Shown one piece after another: positions 38,020-50,898 of a stretch of DNA of 64,000 nt. Under the pieces are notes generated by a model that saw nothing but the letters and a program-made list of their open reading frames with translations, was not told where the DNA came from and did not search any database. The DNA comes from Lytechinus pictus (Eukaryota). The translations under genes were made by a program, and so were the position numbers. The stretch's first letter is position 1. Every line of letters starts with the position of its first letter. The DNA lies in assembly GCF_037042905.1 (NCBI RefSeq), contig NC_087251.1, forward strand, positions 33,356,001-33,420,000, read 5' to 3'.

Positions 38020-38100
38020 GTATCAGTTGTGGGTTGGTCTATATTGAGGTGCACATCTTAGTTGCATTTGTTTGTTTAAAATTTTTGCTTTGAATATATC

Positions 38101-38150
<50 letters not shown>

Positions 38151-38242
38151 CCCAGGTAATTTAGTTGATAGGCAGAAAACTGAGCGCTTAGAAACACCTG
38201 TATTAAGCGCCCTACAAATGTTATAATTATTATTATTATTAT
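35839..38242 (+). mobile_element. 5'-truncated L2-clade (CR1 group) LINE
   Basis: Uninterrupted frame 35839-38019 beginning just after the endonuclease domain. The 3' UTR ends GAGCGCTTAG...TTAAGCGCCCTACAAATG followed by an (ATT)n tail. Confidence 0.9.
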
Positions 38243-38911
38243 ATTCTTTATTAGTTTTTTTTTTCCTTTTTTTAATATATCAATGAAACTTGATGTCAGA
38301 AAAACCCTCAGAACCACGAGGTTTTAAGGGGTTCTCGGGTTTTTTCATGCAAAGTTGAAAAATCAGTATTTTGTTCAATTTTGGCCAATTTTGACAGGAC
38401 GCGATACTATGGGAGGAGCCCTAGAATCTTGTTTTCAATCTTCTTTATTTGTATTCTTTTCATATATCGAATCAACTTTGTGCTAAATAAAAATTTACAG
38501 AACCATGACAGTTTGTTTTGGGTGCTTTTAGGGCATTATTTTCTCTGACAAAGTTGAAAAATACTATTCACGATTTACTATTTTGTGATTGAGATTATAA
38601 TGTTTTTACTGATAGAGGGCGCTACTTTTTAATTGACGGCGCGCGCTCGATTCAAGATCAATCATGGAGTCCAGTCTGTAGAAATATTTTGACATGTCAG
38701 GATAACTTCATTATTCAAAAAATTTACTACATAGGTGTCACACTAGGGCATCAATCAACTTTGGAGTAGGATATGAACACAATATTTAAGTAAGTTCTAT
38801 TTTAAGAGTCACTAAATAGTGAGTGTTTCTGTGAGCTAAATGATGAATGCCGGATGAATGTTGTCATGTGAATTTGATTGTGAATCACGACGTGTGTGTC
38901 ATGATATAACC

Positions 38912-39423
38912 GGTTACACTTCGTAATTCCGAAGGTTCGCAATTCCGAAACAAGTAAATTGCCTATACCTCGATGTTCGTTAATCCGAAAACGTAAAAGG
39001 GTTCGTTAATCCGAACATTTGTGGCGTTATTCCGAAGGTTCGTTATTCCAAAGGTTTGTTAGACCGAAAACGAAATAAGGTTCGTTGTTCCGAAGGTTCG
39101 TTAATCCGAAAACGAAATAAGGTTCGTTGTTCCGAAGGTTCGTTAATCCGAAACCGAAATAAGGTTCGTTGTTCCAAAGGTTCGTTAGTCTGAAAACGAA
39201 ATAAGGTTTGTTAACTTAATCATTACGTTTTCGGACTAACGAACCTTCGGAATTACGAACCTCATTTCGTTTTCGGATTAACGAACTTTAGGAATTACGA
39301 ACCTCACTTTGTTTTCGGACTAACGAACCTTCGGAATTACGAACCTTCGGAAATACTTACCTTCGGAATAACGAACCTTCGGAATAACGAAGCTTCGGAA
39401 TTACGAATGTATGCGATAAAGCC
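38912..39423. mobile_element. MULE/foldback-like MITE built of short tandem TTCCGAAGGTTCGT units
   Basis: 9-bp TSD GATATAACC (38903-38911, 39424-39432) and GG...CC ends. The left-half repeat units are inverted relative to the right-half ACGAACCTTCGGAA units. Confidence 0.85.
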
Positions 39424-39814
39424 GATATAACCTTGTTCTCAGTTATATCTCCATGTGTGGCAAATAAGGGTGGCAATGTTTGGCTTATTTTCTCTTTTTC
39501 TTTGGGACAAATGCTTGATTTTTTACACTGACAGTTTCCATTAGGGCCTACACCTATTCGTCATACAACTTGGCCCTTAAGTAAATTTGATTCTTTAAAT
39601 TATTTTTTTCTTAATTAAAAATAGAGATAAAAAAATGCAAATTTTCTTGCCATACTACTTTCCACCAATAGAGGGCGTACACAAAAATATATATGTTTTT
39701 GAGCGCTCTAGTGAATACAAAAATTATTCCCAAGTTACTTATGAAAAATAAATTGCAACTGTATGGAAAATAGTGATTTTGGTCACAAAAGTGATATTTT
39801 AATGATTTGTTTAA

Positions 39815-40399
39815 AGGTCAAGTCCACCCCAGGAAAATGCTGACTTGAATAAATAGAGAAAAATCAAAGTAGCATAATGCTGAAAATTTCATCAAAATCG
39901 GATGTAAAATAAGAAAGTTATGACATTTTAAAGTTTCGCTTATTTTTCACAAAACAGTGATATGCACAACTAGGTGAGTCAGTCGATGATGTCCATCACT
40001 CACTATTTCTTTTGTTTTTTATTGTTTGAATTATACAATATTTCATTTTTTTATAGATTTGATAATAAGGACCAACTTGACTGAACCATATAGTATTAAA
40101 CAATGCTAATTCCACATGTTCAGGGAGGAATTGATCGTTGTATCACTTGACAATGGGGAGAAAATTAGAATATTTCATATAATAAAATACAAAAGAAATA
40201 GTGAGTGGATGACGTCATAGTCTCCTCATTTGCATACCAGCCAGGATGTGCATATAACTGTTTAGTGAAATTAAGCAAAACTTTAAAATGTCATAACTTT
40301 CTTATTTTACATCCGATTTTGATGAAATTTTCAGTGTTATGCTTGTTGGATTTTTCTCTTTTTATTCAAATCAACTTTTTGTTGGGGTGGACTTGTCCT
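39815..40399. mobile_element. Kolobok-like MITE (TTAA target); degenerate relative at 41532-41864
   Basis: TTAA|AGGTCAAGTCCACCCC ... GGGGTGGACTTGTCCT|TTAA, with about 125-bp TIRs. Confidence 0.85.
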
Positions 40400-41282
40400 T
40401 TAAGTGTGTGCTCTGTACAGCATTGGCATGCCATGCCCATAGTCCTACCTGTAGATTCCCCACAGGCAGGATGGTTGCAGTGAACAAGTGGTCACCACAG
40501 AGATCCAGTCGAGCAGGCGAAGTGGAGCCGGAGAGGTGCAATTATTGGCTGATTTTGTTCTTAGTTGACCTCTAAAACGCACGAAGTTAAAGTATACACC
40601 CGAAGAATCAAAAGTATTTTATAATGACTTTATGTGGTCATCATTGTAAAGGGGAAGTATTACTAATCAGATATATAACTTCACTTTTCAAAATAGTGAT
40701 CAGAGTTTGCAGAAATCAGCTCTCAAAAATGATTTATTTTCATGCCATATTTCTGCCTTCCACCGGTCCTCTTGCGAGCTCCAGCTGAGTGACGTCACAT
40801 AATGAGCAGTGAGCAGCTGAGCTGACAGCAGCCCATTGGAGACGATCTTTCCTATCAGCGTTTTTTGCTCTTAGAATTGTTTATTCCTCTTAAGATTGGT
40901 CTTGTTATATAGATAAAAGTTTGAATTTACTGAACAGTGAAAAAAAGTGCACATTTAACGTATTTTGGTAACCGATATTTAGCTTAGAATTTTTTTTTTT
41001 TTCAAGAAATATATGTGAATAAACAGAGCATATTTTCACGTAGAAATCACACTTGCGTCACATTAATATTATAATCAATATAAAGCATAGACATTCTTCT
41101 TTATGACTGAACAAATATTATGAAATTTCATTAAGTAGCAAAGTCAGGAACCACAAAAAAAACACGGCAATATCCATCGCGAAATGACTGAAATTGCAGT
41201 TGAATTGCCGAAGCATTATTAGGCAACAGCGGCGAGCGGACTTTATTTCATATATCTTAAAAATGCCTTTCCGATAGGGCAA

Positions 41283-41348
41283 TGGTCTGTGGCCAAATGC
41301 GTTGGCCATTGTTTTGTCATGTGCGAGGACCCTGGTTCGAAACTCTGA
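41283..41348 (+). pseudogene. Degenerate tRNA-like / Pol III relic
   Basis: A-box-like TGGCCAAATG, GGCC/GGCC D-stem, TTGTCAT loop, AGGAC variable loop, B-box GGTTCGAAAC, then an oligo-T run. The acceptor and anticodon stems do not pair. Confidence 0.3.
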
Positions 41349-42850
41349 TTTTTTTTTCTGGGTATTTTTTTTTAATTCCTTCCCCGTCCATACCCATCTT
41401 TTTTTCTTTTCTTGTGAAATTCTATTCAGACCTGTATTTATCAAATCTTGCTTCTTAATTGCTGCTTTTGATTTTCAAGTTCTTGATTAGATTATTTCTA
41501 CTCTTATTTGGGATGGGAGGGGTAGAGTTAAAAGTCAAGTCCACATCAACTAAAAATTATTTGAATAGAGTAATTTCCCTTGTTGTTTTTACTCAAAACA
41601 GTCATATACACAAAACAATGATATATGCAAATTAGAGTTGTCACTCACATCACATTCGTTTCTATTTTTTGTGGCATTTTGTTTTTTATTCTTTGCAGAT
41701 TTGATGATAGGAAACTCTTCATCTGATCACAATAGGTTATCTTTAACGGAACTGTTAAAATAGTAATTATATAAATTTGAATCAAAGTTTTTATGAAATT
41801 TCCTGCAATATCTTGTTATTTTTCTTTAAATTCAAATGAATTTTTGATTGCGTGGACTTCTCCTTTACTCTTAATGTAGGGAATGCATAGCAAAATTTAT
41901 CCAGAAACAAAATTGTCTTAGAATATGCAAATCAGTAATTGGACACATGTTCACTTTTCTTTCATCCAGGCCACTTCGTCACATCCACCAGGCTTTCAGT
42001 CTTGTAACAAAAATGATGAACCATCACACAACAGCACACAACATTCACAGTGCTTCACAATAAATATTTCACTTCTGTTCATACATGCAATAAATATTGT
42101 GGAAAACAAATAAAAGGCGTACCCATATTCAAATACCGTTTAAAAGGACAAATATATTATACCTTTCGAGAAAAATCAGCACGTTAAATATCTGATAACA
42201 AAACATAATTATGGGGCACTGCAAGAAACTTATGTTCAATTGCAAATCAAGCGTAAGTCTTAATTCAAATTCAAGCGTAATAAGGTCGAGTTGCAATCGC
42301 TATTCAACTACATGTTTAATCAAAGGACTTACCCTTGATTTGGGACGTGTGATTGAGTATAACATTTCTCGCAAAATGCCCTAGTAACATTAAAATTGTT
42401 CTTTCGTTTTGAATTGTGTGTTATTATTTTTGACAAGCTGTATTCCTGTCCAAGTCAAATTTCTTAGTTCTCTCCAAAACTGTGCTCAAAATTGTTTCCA
42501 AGATTGATAAAGAAAAATTTTCTTTTGTATCATTATCAGTCCACAACTTGCAAACCGTAGGTACTGGAAAGAGTGAAGAAAAAAATGGCTATATCCAAAT
42601 CATAGTAAAAGGACATGATGGAATCTCCCAGATTGAGGTAGCAAGCAGAGACCAGAAGTCACCAGAGTCAGCAAGTGTGCAGATCTGTGTGTAGAAGAGA
42701 GAAAAAAAGAAATAGTTTAAATAATCAAATCAAAGTATGAATTTAATTATCGTGATGATTGATGACGTGCGGTGGCATGTAATTCCCGGTCAACAACAAA
42801 TGATAGTAGGTTTAGACACCTGAAAAGTTCCACTCAGAACACTGGTGCTC

Positions 42851-42999
42851 TACCTCAAGTGATGTTTGTGTAGGCCCCACTCCACTTCACTACCGCTACA
42901 CTACCGTACATGTACGCCACACCTACCCGGGTAGGTGTGTAGCGTAGTGTAGGCTGTAGCAGTAGTGAAGTGGAGACTACACGAACATCACTTGAGGTA
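42851..42999. mobile_element. 149-bp hairpin MITE; related half-copy at 47608-47663
   Basis: TACCTCAAGTGATGTTTGTGTAG / CTACACGAACATCACTTGAGGTA, centre CACACCTACCCGGGTAGGTGTG. Flanks TGGTGCTC / CGGTGCTC form an 8-bp TSD with one mismatch. Confidence 0.75.
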
Positions 43000-44143
43000 C
43001 GGTGCTCTCTGAGTCTCTGTGTCATTACAAAGGTTGCATTTATCTTCATTGTTGAAGGCATTACGCATACATATATGCAGCAACACTCTAATCAGAAAGA
43101 AACACCAGACTCTAATTTTGGCCCACCCAAGGGTTCATTACATGCCGCCGCGCACAGAAAATTCAAGCCATAGAAGTCGTGTGTTGTGGACCCAAGAAGT
43201 GAGATCCCAGCACGCGCGACCCACTAGTTAGAAATCCACTGCCAAACGCGGTTCGTGGTGCGAGGTTAGTATACTAATACTAACCTCGCAATACGTGTGA
43301 GTGATTTTGGCCAGGAATCAGGGTAATCACTGCTGAAAATTTGTCTGGCTTCATGACATCGGCATCATGGTGATATAATTCTCTGTATAATAAAAACTTA
43401 AACATTCCTCTGAAACAGCAGATTTTCAGCCATGGTCCATACCAGTGCTCCTAAATAATTTAATCGCCTGCCTGAGTCCTGACCAGTTTTAGAAATCTGA
43501 AGAAAAAATCTGCTGGAATTGTGCAAAAAAACATTATTTCTAAAATAAAGACTTTTTAATTTTAATAGTAGTTATGCCAAAATGCATGATTCTAAACTTA
43601 TATCAGATCTGTATCTGTCATCTGACCTGAATGCATCGTCAGAACAAGTACAATTTCCAATTCCAAACATGCTTACCTTGACTTTTGACTGGATCAAACA
43701 GCGTAACCTGCAACATGCATCGGGAGCAAGTGAATGGGACCGTGCAGCTTGGAGTTTTTCAATAGTTAGTAGAGCAACACAACGAAGACTGTCGAGTGGA
43801 CAAAATCGATCTTTCCAGTTCACAATTCAATAAAAAACGGGCAAAATAACACAGTTCTGGTTCCCTTATAGTCTGAAGTTGTCGAAAACAGAATTCGGAT
43901 ATCACAATACATGAAGAAAACTGTAAATTCGAAGAAAAATAGAGACCAGGAAGGTGAATCAGTTATCAGTGTACTGCTGGCTTGCACAGAGAGCTGAGTG
44001 AGCCGATCATGTGACGTCATTATTCTCGACTGTTTTTGATCTCATGATTGTCTGTCTGGGGGCGGCTGGGGGGCTGAGAAGGGTCTCTAATAATTTCATT
44101 TCTTGCATTTCCACGACATCAATAAGACTTTTTAGTGACATAT

Positions 44144-46714
44144 GGGCAATTCCAGCGTAACGGACATGACGTTCAGACAAATTTTTGTAATTCAAAGGTT
44201 TATACAGTAGAATTAGCAGTCTTTTGATAATTGCTACTGAGCTTATCAGACACATTTAAGTATCAGTTACATACACATGAAATTTCAAATCGTTTCGTTG
44301 AACAGTTGCGGAGAAATTGCACTCTTTGTCAGCGTAACGGACATGACACGAAATGGACGAAGCATTTTTACCTCCTATTGCTTATCAAAATTCCTGTGAA
44401 TTCTTAGATTGCATGCACCTGACGCTGGTGTTAATTTAACCTTAAGATCATGCTCTATCCATAAAATGGTGTTTAACAAAAGATTTACAGTGCATTCTGT
44501 ATTCATAGCTCAAAATGTAGCGTAACGGACATGACACATGAAGCGTAACGGACATGACAGTTTCGTCCACTTTTTGTAAGCGAATATAATTATTTTATTA
44601 CAAGATATGGTACAAGTCTAATTGGTTACTTGTTAAGGCTAGAGGTTAGAGACACACATCATAACTGGTAATCTGTAATATCTCCTATTATTTTGCAATT
44701 TGAGAGGGGGGCTTTGCGTACAATATTTATAAAACAAAAAAATATTTGGAAAAATTTCTTTTACACCAGTTAACAACAGTTAATGATTATTTTCCAGTTA
44801 CTACCATCCGCCACATCTAATTAAAAGAGAAAAAGTTGATAGTAAAGATTATTTTTTATTCATGGCTTACTATTTGACAATATACACTAGCGTAACGGAC
44901 ATGACACCCTTCCGAAGTGAACTTCATCAGCACTTCTTAGTTGCAAAATGAAAGAAATATGAATAATGAATGTAATTATGTAACAGCAAAGTACCTTTAC
45001 TAACATTCTTAAGAAAAAAATGTAGATATTATTGGCACTTTTGGCAGGTATTATTAATTTAATAGCTATAGCCCACATGATAATTTTATATAGAATACCA
45101 TGCTTTAATAGTACCATAGGCACACTGAGAAGAGCAAATCAGATTTTTTGTGAGAAGAAAACAAAATGTACCAGACCTGATTAAATCCAAGATGAACATA
45201 CACCTGTATTATAAAATGTATTTTATGATAAAGAATATGTACTAGTATTAATGTCAATTTTAAGATTAAAAAAATGATATTAAAAAGTATTTTAAATTTT
45301 AATAGCAGTACCTGGAAACCAGTCTTTCATTATCGATTATGTACGAGTTATAAGGTAATCGGAATGTTTGTAAATCGCTTCTGAGATTTTTTTCATTCAA
45401 AATAAAGATCCTTGGTATAATCATCCTTTCATCAAATCTTGGATGTACTAAATCTTACGATCTTGCTTGCTGACAAATGTGGCTGTATCTAATTTCATTG
45501 TATTGTCTGCGCTGCTTGTGTACAAACGAAGATACATCATTCAAATCATGATTATGGCTGACCAAAATACTATGATGACATAATTTATTGATCGCGCCAC
45601 ATTCCTTCCACAGCCTCTTTGCTTTGTGATATTAAGAAGTGCCTCTGTAGATTCATGGATTCATAGAGCTACATCATGTAACACAGATATCTGAATATTT
45701 ACAACCTTGTTTTAAATGTGAGCCAGTGCCATCACTGAAGAAGTTGAGGGTTGGTGAAAGTCAGATACTTTGAAGCAATGTCATCAAAGATCTCATGAAT
45801 TCACAAGTTGGAGTTTTATCATGCTCCAAACTGTCAGTGCAAACACCTAAGATAATCAATTATTGTTCAAACACAAATGATGCAGATTGTGATCTGAGTA
45901 TGTTGCCAGATTTAGCTGCATCTTATCCTAATATTATGTGGCATACTGTTAATTCTCAGAAAAATATACCAGAACAAGAGCTGAACTTTCATCATTTACC
46001 AACTTCTAAAAATAGCTTGAATGACATGCAGATTCTAGGAGTTATTACATCCAGCTATCCTCAAGCAATTGAGACTGACCACAGTCTGTGACACTGAGCC
46101 TAATATTTTGTTTTTGTGAATGCTGCCTTTTGTCATATATTAGGTGTCATGTCCGTTACGCGAATTGTCATGTCCGTTACGCCATTTTTATGAAAATGAG
46201 AAGTGGTCAGGGAAAATGATTGCTACACATGGTAGGGGGTTTAATTCTAACATAGAATCTGAATCTGCAGTACCTTCAGACAAATTTCCTGTAAGCTGTG
46301 AAAACTTAAAGTGAAAAACGTAACGGACATGACGCTGATAATGGTAAAGAAATCACATTAATCTGAAGATCGATTTCTCTAAAATTGATGAATGGCATGA
46401 AATATAACAATGATTTTCTGTTGATTTAAACATTAATCATCTATACAAAAGTTAAAATAGACCTGTGGGACCTTATTTGCTTTTAGTAGAGACAGGAAAG
46501 ATGAATTGTTTAAAAATAGCCACATTTTTTAGATTTTGCAATTTATTATTTTATTTTTTTGATGATGGAAAAAACCACAAAATTTTATCAATATTGTGAT
46601 TTTTCTATTGGAAATTGAAACTTTATAGATTACTTTTTAAGAAAATTTGACTGCTTAAGTGGAATCTGAAACTTCATTTTTTCTCGAAAGTGAACATTTT
46701 CCATGGAATTGCCC
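44144..46714. mobile_element. Non-autonomous DNA transposon (2.57 kb), superfamily unresolved (Sola1- or ISL2EU-like target)
   Basis: ATAT|GGGCAATTCCA ... TGGAATTGCCC|ATAT, with eight copies of GCGTAACGGACATGAC inside. Confidence 0.75.
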
Positions 46715-47207
46715 ATATTTGTGTATAAAAAGACAAGACCTTTCCATTCATATATAATTTGTTTATAATCATCACTTTCGTGAATTTTCTTTGGATGTAT
46801 ACTTTAAGGAAAGGGTTTCCTGAAACCGCTGAGAAAGTGTCGCAGCAAAACTGCAGCATAAGTTTTCTAAATGACCATGAATCTGAGTGATGTTTATATT
46901 TTTGGAAAGAAGAATGATTACTTCGCCTGTTCATTTATTTGAATTAGGCCCTAAGTAATACTAGGGCCTAATCACGGTTAGAAAGGCTATAATAGAAAAG
47001 TCTAACAGTTAGGCCTAACTTTAGATCTACTTTTGTTGTTTGACTTTGTGAAGTGAAAATACGAAAAATCTGTCAAAAACTCTCCATAAAAAAAAAAGAA
47101 AATAAATGTAGGTCTTGTAAAAAAATTGCTTAAATTTCACATTTGTAGGTCTTCGGCATGAACGAGACTGAGATATTCAGAAAGCTACATATGTGTACAT
47201 GTGTTAA

Positions 47208-47600
47208 AGATAAATTCCAGTTGTGGGGACGATCTGAAAATGACTTTTTACAGAATTTAATATAATGATCACCAAAGTGTCTGTTTGTATGAATAAAATA
47301 TGTGCCAAAGGATTCTGGAAGAAATTGTGTAATTGCTGAGAAATAAGCAAAATAATCGCAGATTCTGTCACTTCCGTCGGGTCTTTATTCCAGCAATAAT
47401 AATACACTGTCCCACGTGTGCCCATCTGTGTTGGCGATCTTCAGTGTGATCATTTTTTAGCTTAGATATTATGATTTCACAAAGTTCAGTTTATGTAACT
47501 GTACCAGATCTAGCTCCACGATGATATAGTAATACTTAACCTTGGTTCTACAGACTTTCTCACAAAAACAGTATTTTACTGCAACTACTGTCAATTAGCT
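47208..47600. mobile_element. Kolobok-like MITE (TTAA-flanked)
   Basis: TTAA|AGATAAATTCCAGTTGTGG ... GCAACTACTGTCAATTAGCT|TTAA; imperfect TIR. Confidence 0.55.
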
Positions 47601-47788
47601 TTAAGGTACCTCAGGCGAGGGTTCGTATAGCCTAGGCTCCTCTACACTTCACTACCGCTACCCACTCATCTTCTCACCCACACTTCTGTCTACACTATAT
47701 TCCTATATAATCCTATTCCTATATTGTACAGTTTTCTCACATTTTTTTTTTTACATTAGACCCTTTTTTAATATTCTTTGTATTGATA

Positions 47789-48338
47789 GGGAGCAGAAGG
47801 ATTGAGGATTAAGTCAGATATGGAGCGTTCCTGGAAGTACAGAAGTCCTCTACTCAAATGTCATTCATGGACAGTTCAAGCTTTGTCAGAAGTAGGTGTT
47901 CATACATGTTGATAAAGTTATTGATAGAGTGTTGATAAATGTTGTTCGGGAGCAGGAGTGTGATAACCCAAACCATAGAACATACTAGAGAAGTCGAGGA
48001 TCATTTAAGATACAGAATGCTCAATTGTCACTAATGAACACTTGGACAGTTCAAGCTTAGTCAGGGGTAGGTGTTCATCCATGGAGCGTGTTCATGTAGG
48101 TTTTGATAGATTGCTGATAAAGTTATTGATAGGTGTTGGTAAAGTGATTGTTAGGTGTTGATTAAGTTGTTGATAGGTGTCAATAGGTGTTGATTAAATG
48201 CTGTAAGGGAGCAGAAGTGTGATGAATAACCAACACCATGGAAGATACAAAGAAGTTGAGGATTAATTATGGAAAACTCAGTGTCACTAATGGAAAGTTC
48301 AAGTCTTGCCAGAGGTATTCACAGTTGATAGGGAGCAA
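47789..48338. repeat. Degenerate tandem repeat (about 3 variable-length units) with GTTGATAG-type subrepeats
   Basis: GGGAGCA(G/A) recurs at 47789, 47948, 48207 and 48331; TGGACAGTTCAAG or TGGAAAGTTCAAG occurs in three units. Confidence 0.7.
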
Positions 48339-48686
48339 TTTGAACATAATAGGTGCAAGGATTGTAGAAAAGGGACTTCATGATACATTAGTTAGATTCT
48401 GCATTTTATAATTCAACTATCCATAAGTCAAATAATCGCCTAACTTTGAAGCTTTATTTCAGACTAAGGGCCCGTAACACAAAGCTTAGCAATCAACGTA
48501 AAAAATTTTGCTGCGATTGATTACATTGACTATAGTGTACAATTAATCATGGAAATTAAGGGTACAGTTAATCGCTAATATTTGCCTTACAGGACCCAGA
48601 ATATCTTAGTTGAATTTCGCCAAGTAAGGTTTAACACATTTATGTGGTCCCAAGAGATTTGACTAAGGCAGAGTCAACTGTATTAA

Positions 48687-49250
48687 AGGAAACCAAAATG
48701 CAAGGAGAAAATCTATCTCATCAGAAAGAATAAAATAAGAGAACCAATCTAAAACTTGTTTTTATCAAAATCGGTTACATGTATAGAACAAGCGAGTTAT
48801 GGAAGTTTGAAAACTCTTCTTGTACTTTCTATGGGGATCCTCAAATTGGCAAACGTGCTTCAAAATGGCTGATTTTGTGGACAACTTTCCATTTGTTTTG
48901 TGCACAAATTTTCAGATTTTCCCCATTATCTTTCAAATTGCATCTTGCCTCCTTCTGAGCACAACATATGTCATGGAAAAATATAATTTACACCACATAT
49001 GTCAAGATCAGGAGGAGATAATGTGAAATATGTAAAATAAAGGGGAAAATCTTAAAATGTGTGTACAAAACAAATGGAGAGTTGTCCACAAAATCATCCA
49101 TTTCGAAGCACTTTTGCCAATTTGAAGATCCCCATAGAATGTACAACAAGACTTTTTAAACGTTCATAACCAATTTTGACGAAACTTGTTTTAGATTGTT
49201 CCTCTCATTTTAATCTTTCCAATAAGATTGCTTATGGGTGTTGGTTTTCT
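48687..49250. mobile_element. Kolobok-like MITE with about 240-bp imperfect TIRs
   Basis: TTAA|AGGAAACCAA ... TTGGTTTTCT|TTAA. Inner IR CTATGGGGATCCTCAAATTGGCAAA / TTTGCCAATTTGAAGATCCCCATAG. Confidence 0.8.
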
Positions 49251-50588
49251 TTAAATCCACACTATTACCTGTTAGCTATTGACCACCTACCTACCACTCT
49301 AGTTTCTAAAGCTCCTTGATTGCAACATTTATTCAGTGTTGTCTCTTTGCTAGTCAGAACCTTCCAGTACTTCAAAATTTTGACCAACACTGAATGGAAC
49401 AGGGTAGGAAATAATGCTTTATTTGTAGGGGCTATTTTTGTCCTATTTGGGGGCTATTTCTTTCATTCCAATGACCATTTTTTTATTTTTGCACAATGAG
49501 TCATTATGCTGTAAAACTATATCTCATCCTGGTTATGTACAGTATGTAGAATATTGATCATCTCCATGTCCTTGAATTGTAGCAGTTCTTTGGGCAACTT
49601 CCGAAAAGATGTTCACCCCAAAGCATTCAATTTTTTATTGTTGAAAAAAAAATGCTAATCAAACTTGTTTAGCAAATTATTCCCTGCGCCTTACAAAGTT
49701 GTGTAATAATTTTTTTATAGGAAATAAGCCCACCCTCCCTTCTCCTGAAAACACCTAACTTAAATGTTTTGTCATTTTGTCTCTCAATCAGAAATCTTAG
49801 GAAAGCCTGTGACAACTCTGGATTGGTGCAGGAGCGCAATGACTGTGCAGAGGCCCATAGTCAGGAAGAACTGGAGGAGTGAAAGGAAAGACACGAGTAT
49901 CACATGATGAAGATTGCAAAGGCCAAGGAACGCAGGGCTATAGGGGTCTACACCTCTGTGGAAGAGCTCGCAGAGTAAAACCAATCTTCTAACACAGTAT
50001 GATGTGGTAGGTTCTTGTGAAAGATTGTGTCATCATGAAATACAGACACAATAGCTGTAATGATTACGGAAATGGGTCAATACTCTGAAGTCAAGTTTAA
50101 TTAAGACTCTAGTCTAAAGTTTTCTGGGTAGCCAGTTATTACACAATCTTTAAAATTATAGGTGAAATTTATTACCAAATTTGACTTTTGAATCATTCAT
50201 TACTGCCTGGGAATGAGAATCTAAATAGATTTCTTCACCAACAGATAAAGGGGAAATAACACCGTAAACATAAAAAACGCCCAGTAAAATTATTTGGTTT
50301 TTTTTAGATTTATGGCTTCCTATAAGTTTAGCGCCGAAACCTATGTTAAACCAGACTTCAGAATGCGGAACATAGAATTTAGTGATTAATCAAGTCTGTT
50401 AATCCTGTGTTGTTTCGGCCATAATATGGTGCAATGAAGCAAGCTTCCAGAGGTACCATGCATGTAGAGATTTGGTATTGTATGGTGCCGGTTCAAGCAT
50501 TATCTGCTGGCAGTGAGGATATGAGAAAGAGACTCGATCAATCTCTATCCCTCGAATTATATATATATATCACTAAAATTCCCCTCAT

Positions 50589-50898
50589 TGCTTTGATGTC
50601 AATTATGTTTTCATGTATAGACTCATTAAGTAAAAGCCCCTGATGATAATTATCCTGACTTTGTTCCCAATTTTTTTTAAATCTAATTATTTTCATATTT
50701 GAAGTTTAAAATTCATCTTAAAATTTCTGGACATTTATCATAATTGCTTTGATTTCAATTATGTTTTCATAAATAGATTAATTAGGTAAAAGTCCTGAAT
50801 AATGACTTTCCTGACTTTGTTCTCAGATTTTTTTTCATTTTATTATTTTCACATTTGAATTTTAAACTTTATCTTAAAAAATCTGGGCAGTTATCATT
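50589..50898. repeat. Diverged ~155-bp tandem duplication
   Basis: TTGCTTTGAT.TCAATTATGTTTTCAT occurs at 50589 and 50744, and the similarity continues through the unit. Confidence 0.85.

Noticed and set aside
38920-39410. Possible CRISPR array
   Set aside because: There are no unique spacers and no cas genes, the context is eukaryotic, and the repeats invert mid-array and are bounded by a 9-bp TSD.
45340-46091. Transposase remnant inside the 44144-46714 element
   Set aside because: Only short ORFs, with no recognisable DDE or DNA-binding motif.
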